Of a stretch of 64,000 nucleotides of DNA, positions 1 through 12,100 are shown piece by piece. The notes under the pieces were generated by a model. It did no database searches and had not been told where the DNA came from. It worked only from the letters and a program-made list of their open reading frames with translations. Position numbers and translations under genes: made by a program. Source of the stretch: Raillietiella orientalis (Eukaryota); NCBI GenBank assembly GCA_036172245.1, contig JAYWIR010000051.1, forward strand, positions 682,001 to 746,000, read 5' to 3'. Numbering within the stretch: position 1 is the first letter of the stretch; each line of letters starts with the position of its first letter.

Positions 1-589
1 CTAAGTGTGAAGTGATTAAGGGGGGAGGGGAGAGGTGATAAATAAACAAAAATCTATAAATAATGAGAGGGAAAGATCATTGGACTTTGATCCTTCGGTC
101 CTGCTTCTCAGTGTTTGCTCGCTAAGGGCGATGACCTCCTTGGCCATCTGATCCAGCTGAATTGCCGCTGTCCGCGGCAAGGGAGTGTCTAAGAGGTTGA
201 CTCGATGCCTCCCGCTGCGGTTGCGCCACCTGAAGAGGTGCTCTTGGCACCGCAGCTCATTACAGATGGTCTCTCCTGAGGCGGTCGAAAATTCACCTTA
301 AGCGAAGAGGCCCCACGAGAGTTCTGCCACGCGATCCTCGGATCCAAATGGAGGGCGCCGCAGTCCATAGGATGAGGATGGGATGGATTCTCCCAATCCA
401 CATGCCAAGCGATTCAGGAGTCCTTTCCACTTTTCCTCCGATGTCTTGTAATGGCGACGCACGTTTCACTGGAGGCTACGAGGAGGCAGCGGTGCCGTCC
501 GAAGACAAGGCAAGATCCACCGCATTCTAAGAGAACGTCTCACAGGCCAGGAAAGCTGATGGGCCGATGGCAGTTGCCCAGTGCACGCC

Positions 590-945
590 TCGGGCTCGTG
601 CGCTCCTTTGCGACCGCCGCAACGGCCTGCTCGGCCAGTTGCCTGGACAGCAGCTGACGCATAGCAGGGACGTCCACACCTCTCAGCTGGTGATGAGTGG
701 TCGTGCTCTTGATGTTGTGCGACAGACGGAACGCTTCTGCAGCGATGTCTTCTACTAAACTTTCCCTCGAAGATGGACATAGTCCTGTTTGAGGTGAGTG
801 CATCCGGATGCACCTTCTTTGGGGATGTTGAGGGCGCTCAACTCCTTCCTCTTTCGCCTTTTCTTTTTTTTCCTCTCCCTTCTTAATGGCTTTCTGAGGT
901 TTACCAACCTTCTTGGTGACCTTTCTACCACCAGACTTGGAAGTT
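590..945 (-). pseudogene. H2B: Histone H2B pseudogene (frameshifted, isolated)
   Basis: H2B-like segments are spread over three minus-strand frames: KSGGRKVTKKVGKPQKAIKKGE / KKKRRKRKE / VHPDALTSNRTMSIFEGKF / EDIAAEAFRLSHNIKSTT..AMRQLLSRQLAEQAV, collinear with canonical KAAKKAGKAQKNITK..KKKRKRKE..VHPDTGISSKAMSIMNSF..ERIAAEASRLAHYNKRST..AVRLLLPGELAKHAV. Several frameshifts; no other histone gene seen in the window. Confidence 0.85.
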
Positions 946-2582
946 GTCTCACCCTCCTTGTCCTTGCTTTGTGCACCATCCACTAGGAAAGTACCATAGC
1001 TAACACTCGGCACCTGACTCTGCGGTCCTTATTCCCTTGGTCCTCGGAAAAACTCCTTCAGGAGGCTCGAAGGCTGCCCCTATAAGCTTTGCCCCTTTTG
1101 CAGCGGTGCGGGCCAACTTCCCGCCCACTATTCCCCCGATTGCCGACTTTGGGCCATCTCGCGGGGCATGCCCAGGGATGCGGCCAAGAGCGCGGCACGA
1201 ATCCACTCTTTGCCGCCTTCTCTCCAAGTCTGCGAGAGGGAGTCCCTCGAGGCGTTCGACGGAACGCAGCGCCAGACTTGATCCCTTCGAGCGCTCCCCA
1301 GATAGCTCTCGCTCCCCCATCCCTTCCTTTCCTGAAATGAAGTTCGCAGGGGAAAAGGAAAGCCGCCTTGTTTTACGAGGAAGCAAGAGGTTGCACCGAC
1401 TGCGGGGGCGCAGCAGTGTTGGTCCCCGCGGATGAGGGCGCACCTCCGAGGAACCTGCCTGCCGCACAGCAAAGACCATAGTGCTAAATTCTCAGCGTTG
1501 CCTCAGGAGGCAGCCTCGGAAAGTGCATTCGCGTGCACGTCAGAAGTGTGGCGACCCGAAGCTTGGCATGACGGCTCGGGGTAAACGTGACCTTCCCGGA
1601 GCCTCCTGGAGTCCTCCCGAAAGGTTGTCAGTCTTCATCTCCCTCTTGTTAGTGAAAGGGAAACCTGATGGTAGAGTAGCGAGGGTCGAATGCGATTTGT
1701 TCCATGGGCTTCCCTTCCCGGCAAGAGGCGCCGGCCACGCGGGAGTGGACCCGGTGCCTTCTGAAACGCAGTCGGTCCGAGCGTTCGTGGAGAGGCAGGC
1801 AAGTCGCGGTGGTACTGCCCGCGGAGATCTCCGGGAAGATCTAGCCCGATCTCCCCTCCCACGCTGCCCCTGCCGGGAAGCAACTTCGCACTTCCTGCTA
1901 ACGCCCGTGTTCGCTCCCCTGCTTCTAAAGGTTGGACTCAAATTCGAGCAACGCAGCCGGAGCAGCACAAGATGCACGTTGACTTCCGGCAGCCTGCGGT
2001 CACGGGCGTGCGGGAGGCAGGGCATGGGCAGGGTATCTGGAGTTTTCCCGCACGCTCCCGGTGTCCGCTAGAAGATGCTGAAGAACGCCAGAACGCAGAT
2101 GCATTGCGTTCTGGGGTAGGTCACCATCTCCTCCCCCTGCTCTTCGGAAATGCAAGAAAAGTCTTTGGAAAAGGGCGGCGGGGAATGGGGGGGGGGGGAA
2201 GCAGAGCAAGAAAGGAGGGGGAAAGACCTCTCCGGAAGTGACCGAGGGATTCCACACGGGCTTCATCCCCAACTGCTTTCCACGCACGTCCCTTATTTCC
2301 AGTGGTAGCGCCCCTATATTCTTGAGAGTGTGGATTCCCCCACCCTCCCCCCTAATCCGATCCCGGGAGGGGCGCTAGAGATCTGAGGGTCTCGGCAGCA
2401 GACAAGCGGAAGGGGCTGGAGAATCCGACTGCGGGGCAGAAAGAGGTGCCGGAACCATGGCTCACACCAGGGACCGGGACATGAGACCACCCTCCGGAGG
2501 TTCACCGCCACTTCAACTCGAAGAACTCTGAAGTGGGAAGACGGAATAAGCGGAAGGCAGGCTCTGCCCTACAGACGGGCGC

Positions 2583-3338
2583 GGTGTTGCTACCAGCAGG
2601 GGGGAGAAAGGAAAACTCGGGACAGATGGGGGCACTCATCCTCAGCATGGGTGCTGCTCCATGCTGAGCCCGATGCCCGGGGAATGAGATGTAGATGCGC
2701 GGAAAAGAAGAAATCTCTCCCCAGACCCACTCGCCATTCCTCCCTTCCCCCTCCCTTCTTCCCTCCCGTCCGCCGACCGCGCTCCGCAGAAGCAGCTGAC
2801 TTGATGAATTCGCAAGGGGGAAGAGGAAGGGGCAGAGACGAACCGCTTCCAAATACGCGGATGAGGTTCATCTTTCTCCCCTCCGCCACCATCCCCATCC
2901 ATCTTTTCCCGAGTCGCCGTCGCCGACGAGCGTCTCGTGGTGACGGCGGTGGCACCAGGAAAGCGCGTCTCCGGAGCCGACTTTGGGACCCTCGTCCGCC
3001 CTTTCTCCTTCCCACAGGGGAAGAAACCCCCGCTAGAGGATTCGCCGCGATATGGGTCTGGGTTCCCGTGAAAGAGCTTTGACGGGCCGTCGCGCCTCCG
3101 CGCACCTGCGAATCCATCAAGTCGACTGCTTCTGCAGAGCGCGGTCGGAGGACGGGAGGGAAGGGAGGAGGGGGAAGGGAGGAATGGCGGGTGGGTCCGA
3201 GGAGAGATTCTCCCTTTCCCGCGCACCTACATCTCATTCCCCGGGCACCGGGCTCGGCGTGGAGCAGCACCGACGCTGGAGATGAGTGCCCCCATCTGCC
3301 CCGAGTTTTCCTTTCTCCCCCCTTCTGGTAGCAACACC
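2583..3338. repeat. Long inverted repeat IR1: arms 2583-2814 and 3107-3338, spacer about 290 bp
   Basis: Left arm begins ggtgttgctaccagcaggggggagaaaggaaaactcgg; right arm ends ccgagttttcctttctccccccttctggtagcaacacc. 232-bp ungapped alignment with about 26 mismatches by eye, mostly transitions. It explains the near-identical peptides in ORFs 2651..3082(+) and 2590..3270(-). Confidence 0.95.
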
Positions 3339-4374
3339 TCGCGAGGTGGTGCCCTCCCTCCCTCTGGCTGTGAATGCGTACTGCTCCAGTGACGAGTTCG
3401 CTTTCCGGAAGCTACTCGGAAACAGGGAGCGTAGCAACCCCCTAAGGCCAGAGATCACAATCCCCCCCCCCCTTCCCTTCCTCCTTTAGTTACAGAGCAG
3501 CCTGACTTCCCTCGAGATGCTTCCCTCCCTCCTACCTGCTTCTAGCCTCCCCAGTCCAATGGGTTCACCAAGGGAGGATTTGCGACAGGCGGGCAGGCTA
3601 AAAATATCCGAGGCGCTGCCACCCCCTCCTTCGTTTTCGCACCCGAGCAGGATATCGCACGCCCGCGCTCCCTGGAGTCACGCAGCCTCGGCTCGTCGCG
3701 GGAGAGACGCCGACCGCTCTGCAGCATCTCAGTCCTTCGTTCCTGCCACCCTCTCCTCCAGGTGAGAGGACTCAGTGGAGCGAAAAGGTTGGCCGCTTCG
3801 CATCGGTGAGATTTGAGAGTCGGCTTTGGCGCCGCTCCAGGGATGATCGATCGTCTCCTTGGCAGCGGCACCAACTGTCTGCGAGAGGGCGGCATCATTC
3901 TTCTTGGAACTCCTCTCTTGTCATCCCGGGACCGCGCCGCCACGAACGGTCGTCTTGTAGGGCTTTCCTCTTCTTGCAGTTGGGGCTGGCTTCAGGTGCT
4001 CTCCCTCCGGGAAAATTCAGTCAGCCTCTCTGTGATTTCGGACTGTTTCTGAGGAAGTCTTTCTTCGCTGCCGTGCCTCCCGAGGTGCCCCAGAAAGTTC
4101 AGCTGCCTTTGGCTGCCGAAAGTCGCGGGCGCTCCTCGGTCGCACTATCGCACGCACTTAGCGCAGAATGCTAACGAGACTCCTGGAACCTAATGTGCGT
4201 CGCACGCCTTTCCCCCATCCATCAGCCTATAGATCCTTCCTCTTCCTCTTTCATTCTCCGTTTCTTCCTGACTCCCTTCCTGCTTCACTACTGTCAGATG
4301 CTTTTAAGCAGGATATGGTATCCTTGGAAGCAGAAGCAAACCTCCGGCGTCTTGCCAGGCTATTTCGTCTGCAT

Positions 4375-4479
4375 TGTTGCCCTTCCTCTCTCTTCCCTAC
4401 TTCACTGTTGTCCTTCCGCTCTCTTCCCTACTTCCCTGTTGTCCTTCCGCTCTCTTCCCTACTTCCCTGTTGTCCTTCC
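4375..4479. repeat. 31-bp minisatellite, about 3.4 copies
   Basis: Unit tgttgtccttccgctctcttccctacttccc starts at 4375, 4406 and 4437, with a partial copy at 4468. Confidence 0.9.
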
Positions 4480-6131
4480 ACGCGCTTCCTACGCTGCATT
4501 GTCGTCCTTGAGTGCGCTTTCCATTCTGGTCGTCGCTTTAACTCTAGACTCAGGCAAGAAAGTGACATTGAGAAGCGAAGCGTCAAAGGTCAGCTTTCAT
4601 GCCACCTGACAGTGCAGTTGGCAAGCTTTTGGACGACTCTTCCAGCACACTTCAAGCGGAGTGCCTGCTCGTCTTCCGAAATTCAGTCAGTGAATTTCGG
4701 CAGTCATGTGAGAAAAAAAAAATGCCCAAGTTCAAGTTCCCAAGCCAAGGAACAGACTCCATTAGAGAACACACACAGAGACAGCCATAGGTAACGGAAA
4801 ACGAAGACATATCTGAGAAAAAGTGAGCGCTAGGAGGAGCCTACGAACACACGAGTCGCTATCTACGCAGAGCGAAGGTTCTTACTTAAAAACCTCCCAC
4901 TCGGTCCCTGACTGACTGAGTCCCGCCTTGCTCGAGGCAACTGCCCATCCAGCCATCCTCTTGCTTATTCGTTGATATCGGGATGCGTTTTGGCCTCGGT
5001 GTTTCAGAAAATGTCCACCGCCTGAAAGAGATACAGATGCGATAGACATCTGTCTGCTCCATGATTTTGCAAGAGTACAAGAACTTTCCCTAGTGCCTGG
5101 TTCCTTGTCCATCGTTCCAGCACAGCGCTTCGTCACTCTTTGCTGTTGACGCGCAGGTGTTTTTGCCATCCAGGATTCCCGCCCCCATCCCCCGTAGACG
5201 TTCTTCACAAAGGGAGACGGACAACCTGCGTTAACTGCCAATGCGTCTATCGGTTTGAAACTGCCGTTTTCGTCCGTTGCGGAGCATCTGTTTCTGTACT
5301 CCGGCAGAGACTGCGCTCGTTTTGGAACTTTGCGTGCTCCTCAAGAGAGGCCCAACCGTCCAGAGGAGCTCTGAATAGGAGACTGCCGACCACAGGGGCA
5401 GCGGACATTGCGAAAACACCATTTTTCTTAATCTAAGGCTATCTGCCAGCTCCAGGAGAAATATCGAGGAATCCACGGCTAAGGATTGCACGCAGCAGAA
5501 GCTGGTGGAAATTTCTCCTTGGACGATGACATTCAAGGAAGAGAAGTGCATCGTGGGGACAAGACGTGTTATCTTACTAGTGTTTGACTGCACTAACGCG
5601 GTAAATTTTCCCTGCTCGTCTGGGCTATACGCCGTGTCCTTTTCAGAGAGGGAATAACTACTGCTCCTGCCTCTTTGCCAGGCACAACACTCTCTGCCCG
5701 TCAGGCATTCCTAAGTAAACAGCGGCTGTTTCCTCCTTGACTCTTATGGGGCGTTTGGGAACCGTTTCCTGATCCTCGAAGGTTCTCGAAATGTGCAAGC
5801 GGCTGAGGTCAGAGTCAGATGGCGCCGCAGTGACTGGTGCATGGTGTGTTTCGAGGTGCTCACGTCCTCTACATAAGAATCAAATTCATCATGCAGAATT
5901 TTGCAGGAACAATGCGATCCACGATCCACACTCCATAGAGCCACAGCGAGCCAACAACAACAACAAAAAAAAAACACAAGTGTGCACGAATGCTTCCCAC
6001 GATTGGGAGCAAACAAGGCTGCGTACGCTTTCCCGTACATAACCGCAAACAGAATCCGTCGTCACGTGACATCACAAATACCCGATGATTTGTTTGCCCA
6101 TGGGAATCCTCCAGAATCCAAGGCATGAAAT

Positions 6132-6132
<1 letters not shown>

Positions 6133-6162
<30 letters not shown>
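6133..6162 (+). repeat. (AC)n followed by a poly(A) run
   Basis: acacacacacac directly followed by about 19 A, inside a lower-GC island (about 4200-7680). Confidence 0.8.
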
Positions 6163-9100
6163 TCGAAAGAGCTGAAGATATGTGAAGTCGCGGACAACTT
6201 GCTAGAAAAGCTTTTAGGAGACTGGCGACTCTCCCTACAGGATCACGCAGATCCATCTGATTCTTCTTCGTGCTTTCCAGTTGCTCAGCGGAAACGAATT
6301 TCCAATCCCCGAAGAAGGATCGCTGAGATGCGAAATCAAGCGCTCCTCTATATGCTTAAAGAGGCTGACAGCGACCTCAAGTCGGGAATTCCAAATTTAG
6401 AAATTCCTGATTTTTCACCCTCGATCAGGATTTCCTGTTTTCTTCTTCTCCTTCTTTCTTTCCTCCTCGTTATCGATTTTACTGGCTTGCGTCTCGCGTC
6501 GCGGGCACCCCAGAATTCGTTCTTTTGTTCCGAGGCTGTTAACGGATTCCTTGGATGCCTGGTGTCTGAGCCGTTCATCGAGAGCCTCGTTTCTTCAGGA
6601 TTCGTCCTGCTCATGTAGGACAGAGTACCGTCGGACCACGTGGACACAGAGCACACACTGCTCATTCCGGAAAACGCCCCGACTGTTCCGCTGGTTTGTT
6701 TGCTCCTCTCTCGAGAGGACCCGCAGATTTGGTAAATTCTCCCTGCTTAATGAGTTCCGGCCGTGAGCTCCTCTCTCCCTCCGTTCGGGATGTTTTCCCC
6801 TCATCCCCGAGCCGATGATGCTCCCTCAGTTGCCAAGCAACGCTCGTCCGTGATCTGATCCTCTCAGATACTATTCCGATCTCGAAACGACTCCTAAAAA
6901 ACAAGAAGGAAGAAAAAAAAGGAATAAAAATAAAAGAAGGAAGAAAGCGAGCCGGTCCTTGTTGTTTCTGGAGGGCACCAGCCGCAGTGGGTCCCATTCG
7001 CTGTTTACCGTTTTCACGCGTACCAATTTGATACAATGGAGGCGCGCAGACGGTAAACAATGTATTGATATGATCTGTTGTCACGTAAACTCCGTCAATC
7101 GCTCACCAGACGAAGAGCTCCCGATCTGTCTACAATTCTCGTCGAAGGATTGTTGTGTGGGTAGTTTATTAATAGTCAAAGTTCCGAAGGCTATTTATAG
7201 ATGCTTGCTAACAATGGCATCGGCGAATGCTAGGAGATGCGTCACGTGTTGATGCGCCCACATGGCGCAAAAAAAACTTCCCCAGCGTTTGCCGGTTGAT
7301 CGTACGCGCCGTACACAGGTATGTATTGATTGAATGTATGGATGCCGTATTCGCTCTTGGAAGGATTAGGATGACGCTTTCAACGCTCGACACTATCCTG
7401 CGAGTTGATGCTTTTTCTTTTTTCATTATTATTATTTTATTTATTTCTTTTTTCTTTTTTGGAGGGGTCGTCATCGTCAGATGGATCCAAGAGGTTACTC
7501 TCCATCAATTTTAGATGCACTGGAACGAACATTAGAATCGGAATGCGGTATCCGGCGTGCCCATTAAAGCGATGTTCTCGTGCGACTTGTCCTCTTCATT
7601 ATCTCATAAGAAACGCGAAGCAAGCGCACGGAACCCCCCCCCCCCCGTTTTGATTGGCACGCCAAGCGTACTTGCCTAAAAGTTTTTATGACCCTCCTGT
7701 CGAAAGAGCTCAACAGATGTGAGGCTTGCCCTAGGTGCTGCCGAGTCGGATTCTCTTATTTTCTCTCTCTCTCTCTCTTCCTCCTCCTCCTCCTTTCTTC
7801 TGCGTCTACTTGAGCCTGTTTCCCGGATGCCCCGGAAGATCCACGCTCGCGACCGGTCGCATCCGCGCTCACCCTCATCCGTCGCTTTTCGTGCAGAGGA
7901 AGCTCTCTGGGAAGGGGGAAGATCTTTGGCTTTCCCGTGGTCCCCTGCTCCGTGCCCTGCTGCAACTTTCGGCTTCGGGTCATCCTGCAGGTGCCTCTTC
8001 CATCGATCTTTCTCGCTCTTCAGGGGAGAGGAGGGGGGGGGGATGGGGAATGGGAATCCAGGATGGCGGACCGCGCGCCTTCCGACCTTCCTCGTCGTCC
8101 CTCGGCCGGCGCCAACACGGCTCCTGGCCCCATACGCGGTCCACAGAAGCGCCGGTACTCTCCTGCTGACGTCTGCCCTCTCCGGCCTTGAGGGAATGCC
8201 GCAGCGCCGACCGCAGAGATGCGAGTTCGCACCCGCGGCGCACGGAGGGCGTTGGCTCATGCCTTCCCCGTATGGCAAGGAGAGACCCCCAAAAGCCTCC
8301 AATGTGACCTCTTCATTCCGGACCACTCCTTTAGAATACATAGATGGGAATTTTTAGCATGTATGGGGGGGGGGGGAGGGAAGGACCGTCGTGCGCCGGG
8401 TCGAAAGGAAGGGGAGAGAATAAGGGAGGCATGGGAATCGACGCAGTGAATGAATGAAGAACGGGATGGAGTGGCCTCGAGAGAGGAGCCAAGCCTCCTG
8501 AGATTCCTTCGAGTGTGGGGGTCTGCGTTGGCCAGGAAAGGGATGAGGAAGAAAGGTGCAGCATGCAGCTGCTTGGGGTCATCCTGTCTGCAATCCTCCC
8601 AGGGCCGCGTCGAGTCTTTCGACCGCACGCCGCCCGGAGGCCAACCGACTCCCTTGAGTGGGGACGGGGGCCACATCCACGCTGTCACTCGCCCGCGGGC
8701 AATGCCCCTGAGCCTGCCTCCCTCTTCGGATTACCTCCGAGAAGGGAGGGCGCGCGAAGTCGGGGAGGAAGGTGGCGCTCACGGTTCCGACAGGGAAGTC
8801 CGACCTCGCAGCTACCCTGGTGCAGCGGACGGCGGCGCAAAGGAAACGCCCCCAGGGAGTCTGCCGACGGGCGCAGCACAGGTTTCCCCGGGGAACGCTT
8901 CCCGGTGCTTCCCGGATTCCCCAGGAGAGGGAGCAGTTTTCTCCTGGGTCGCAAATCTGCGGATGCTGCGCTGAAAGACGAGGGGGAAGAGGAGAATGAC
9001 CCATCTCCAGCAATGGTGGGAGTCCTGCCGCTTCCCCCTCCCCATCTCCTCCTCCGTCTGAAGTTCCTTCGAGCGTGAAGACAGACAACGACGACGACGT

Positions 9101-12100
9101 CGGGGTCAGGGCAGAAAGCGTCCCCCGCCCCGCCGAGGTTGCTCTCCTCTCGTCCTCCTTCGCGACTGGCGCGTCCCGCAAGATTCCCACGGAGCGCTCC
9201 CGACTCTCTTGATGCCATCCTCGAGGGACGTACTCGAGGGGCGCTACGTTGAGACGACCCTTCAGAGCGTCTTCCCGGCCCGCAATGACCCTGAGAGATG
9301 TTCGTCTCGCTAACGACCTTCTGCGGCCGCAAGACGGCCGTGGAGAAGAAGCGCTTGGGAGGAAAGGAGGGAGGGGAGAGGACGCTGCTTCTGCAGGAAC
9401 AGAGCTGCTACTGGAAGAGGGGGGAATGAGTCCCCCCTCTTCCAGTCAGTTCCGAGGTGTCCTGCAAGGCCGAAGGGCCGTCGCGGGTGGCTCTTCCGGG
9501 ACGTGTTGGCAGTGGCCGCCGCGACACCACGCTCACCCCGGCTCGGAGGGCGCGCCTCTCTCTCGAGTCACTCCCTTCCGAGGGCCACTCCGAGGAGGGT
9601 CGCCCCTGCATCCCGTTCGGAGACGGATGCAAGGTTTCTCCTTTTCTCGTTCCTCCTTTGCGACCTGGAACCCGGGCAGCTCCGCAACCCTCCTTGCTGA
9701 CCGACTACCGGAGGCACCAACGAGCCTTTTCGCTCCGGGCACCTCTGGCGATGCTGGCCGGCCAGCGGAGGAGTTTCGGGATTCTGCGGAGCACGCCGAT
9801 CTGCCGCCACCAACAGCGGGACGCGATCGGTGGGGGGGAGCGGGGAAGGGAAAGAGCCGTCCGACTGCCCCCCTCTGTCCTGTTCCCCCGTCCATGGAGT
9901 CGGTGTCCAACAGTGGTGGCGTGGGCTCCGGACCCGAGAAGAAGCCAGGCAGTCGTGGTGATCTCAGCGAGGGAGCCGTCCTGGGGCGCCACCTCCGGCT
10001 CCCTCAAAGAGCATCGGGACGGCGGCTGAACGGAACAGCAGCGTGGACGCGCGAAACTCCCCTGGGAGACCGGGGGTCTGAATCTTGCTTGTGCCCACTC
10101 TCGGAATGGAGGCTACAGTCCTCGGCAGTTTCGAGAGGAAGCAGCGCCAAGCGATGCCAAGCTCCCACCTCGGAGGAGACTCGAAGCGCGCTGTCGCCGG
10201 GTTCTGGGATGAAGGCGCCGCCAAGCATCCCACGGTCCGCTCTCCGCCTCGTAGTGGCTCCCAGCCGGGACGCCCGATCCCCCACGAGGCATGCGGCTGA
10301 TGTGTCCCGTGAGGTCGCGCTCTCTCTCTTGCGCGCTTCCGGCCGACGGAATCTTCCCGAAGGGATCTTTCCAGGTGAGCTCGCACCGCCGGGAGCCACC
10401 TCGCATCTTCTCGGAATTCGTGGTTTAGGAAGGAATCCTCATCTCCTTCGCACTTCCTCTTCGGTGCTCCTGACGAATCCCTCGATCGCAGGAAAGTTTC
10501 CAGAACTCTTCAGGAAAGATGCACATTCGTCCTGGGCGACTGCATCTCTGGCTGAAGCCACGTATGAAGGTGGCCGGGCACCAGGGGTAAAAGGGAGGAG
10601 GATAAAGGCTCCTGGGAGGGAGGGGAGGGAACAGCACGCTGCCCGCGGCCCAGCGCGCAACATGTTTGCTGCATTCGGGCGGCGAGCGTACGAGACCTTA
10701 GCGAGGCACTCGTAAGTACTGAAGTGCCTCCCGTCGGGGTTTTCGGGCGGATGCGGCCCAACTGCCCATCACGCACCCGCGGTTCACGCTCTCTTCCTCC
10801 CCGTCCGCGTGGGTTTCCGCAGGATGGCAGGGTGGGGAACGAAGGTTGATGTGATGGCGATTCTAGCAACCTCTTCCTTCCCTGAATAGCGCAGACGCCC
10901 GCAGCAGCGGGAGCGGATTTGTCCCCACCTGTCCTCACCTCATAGCGGCTGCTCCCGCGGCCGATCTCTACCATTAATGTCCCACTGCCTTCCAGCCCCT
11001 CCCTCCGCTCCCTAGGTGAGAGGAGGGGGAGAGATGGGGAAAGATAGCCTCAACGACCTTGCTGGATCCCCTGAAGCTAAGTGGTGAGCCAAGTGCCCCT
11101 TGCGGTGTGACCCGGATGGCTCAAGGGAACTTCCCTGAAAGAGTGCGACCGGATGCTGACAATGGGTCCGAAGCTGACCTGGTGCTCCGAGGCGGAAGGA
11201 ACGCGCATCTTCTCGAGCCATCCGGAAGCGACACTGGACAAAGTATAGTCACTTTGCCCCCAAAGGGAGCTCATGGAGCTCCTGTCGTAGGGTCTCTGTG
11301 ACACTGGAACCCGGAGAACAGAGAATCCTCTAGAGTGGGGAGGATCCCTAGGAAAAGGACGATGAACCCCCTAGCTCCTAGTGCGTCCTGAGGCGCTCCA
11401 AGAGTCACTGTCGTCCCTGACGAAAGGGCCATCGGAAGCCGCTGTACCTCCAGGAGGAGGACGAGCCGGACGGGCCGAGGGGACGGCGGCAACATCCAAG
11501 CCGGCGGAGCGGCTGCGACGAAGAGCGCGCGACACTCCTCATCGCGGGAACAGTACTGCCCGCCGTCCCCGCTCATCTTTCATCTGCGGGGAGCAAGATG
11601 GCCGAAGGAAAATCAGACCGGTCCCTCGTCCACCAGTCGGGAGCGGGCTGCAGGAAGACACCAGAATCTGGGAGTCAGCGGTGGCATGGGCCCAAGAGGA
11701 CGCGGAGCGGAGGCGGGAGAGCGCGAAAGACGCGTCGCAGCCGGTGGCGACCCTTTGAAAGAAAGCAGGCGCGTGCATCCGGTCTCATCGGCGTCCTCCC
11801 TTCTCTCGAGGGCGGAGCCGTCCCGGTGACCTTAGTCAGCTGGCCTTCGAGAGACGTGCACGAGACTCCACGGCCTCCTTCCGCCGGAGAGTCGCTTCTC
11901 TGGAGTAGAAGTCCTCCAGCAAGACAGAGTTCGCTGCGGACCACGGGAGAGCCTGCAGCTCGCAGGCGGAAGAGGCGTTCTGCAAACATTCTAGGGTGGC
12001 CGCCGGTGCTGCGGGGGCGGGAAGGGCTTAGGCGCTGGCCCGGACTGTGAGGGAACTCAGAGCTCCCCTCACGCTTCACGCCGATAGAGTCGCCATCCAC

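Noticed and set aside
2590..3270. Pair of similar proteins on opposite strands
   Set aside because: An artefact of translating the two arms of IR1; no coding signature.
4375..4479. 31-bp direct repeats as a CRISPR array
   Set aside because: Head-to-tail units with no spacers, in a eukaryotic context with no cas genes.
6061..6070. GTCACGTGAC, a perfect CLEAR/TFEB-type element
   Set aside because: It is 48 kb from the sialidase, inside a probable repeat island; the E-box nearer the gene (gcacgtgc at about 53526) lacks the CLEAR flanks.
9270..9332. SRPAMTLRDVRLANDLLRP, loosely like the histone-fold C-terminal helices of H2B or TAF9
   Set aside because: Only about 19 residues, with no consistent upstream histone-fold sequence in any frame.
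9249..10715. 488-aa ORF, and similar long ORFs such as 34255..35640, 29623..30786 and 17437..18432
   Set aside because: R/P/G/S-rich translations with no motifs, overlapped by ORFs in other frames; expected by chance at this GC content.
11650..11758. EDTRIWESAVAWAQEDAERRRES, reminiscent of a BACK-domain helix
   Set aside because: Flanking BACK motifs, splice sites and any BTB or kelch exons were not found.
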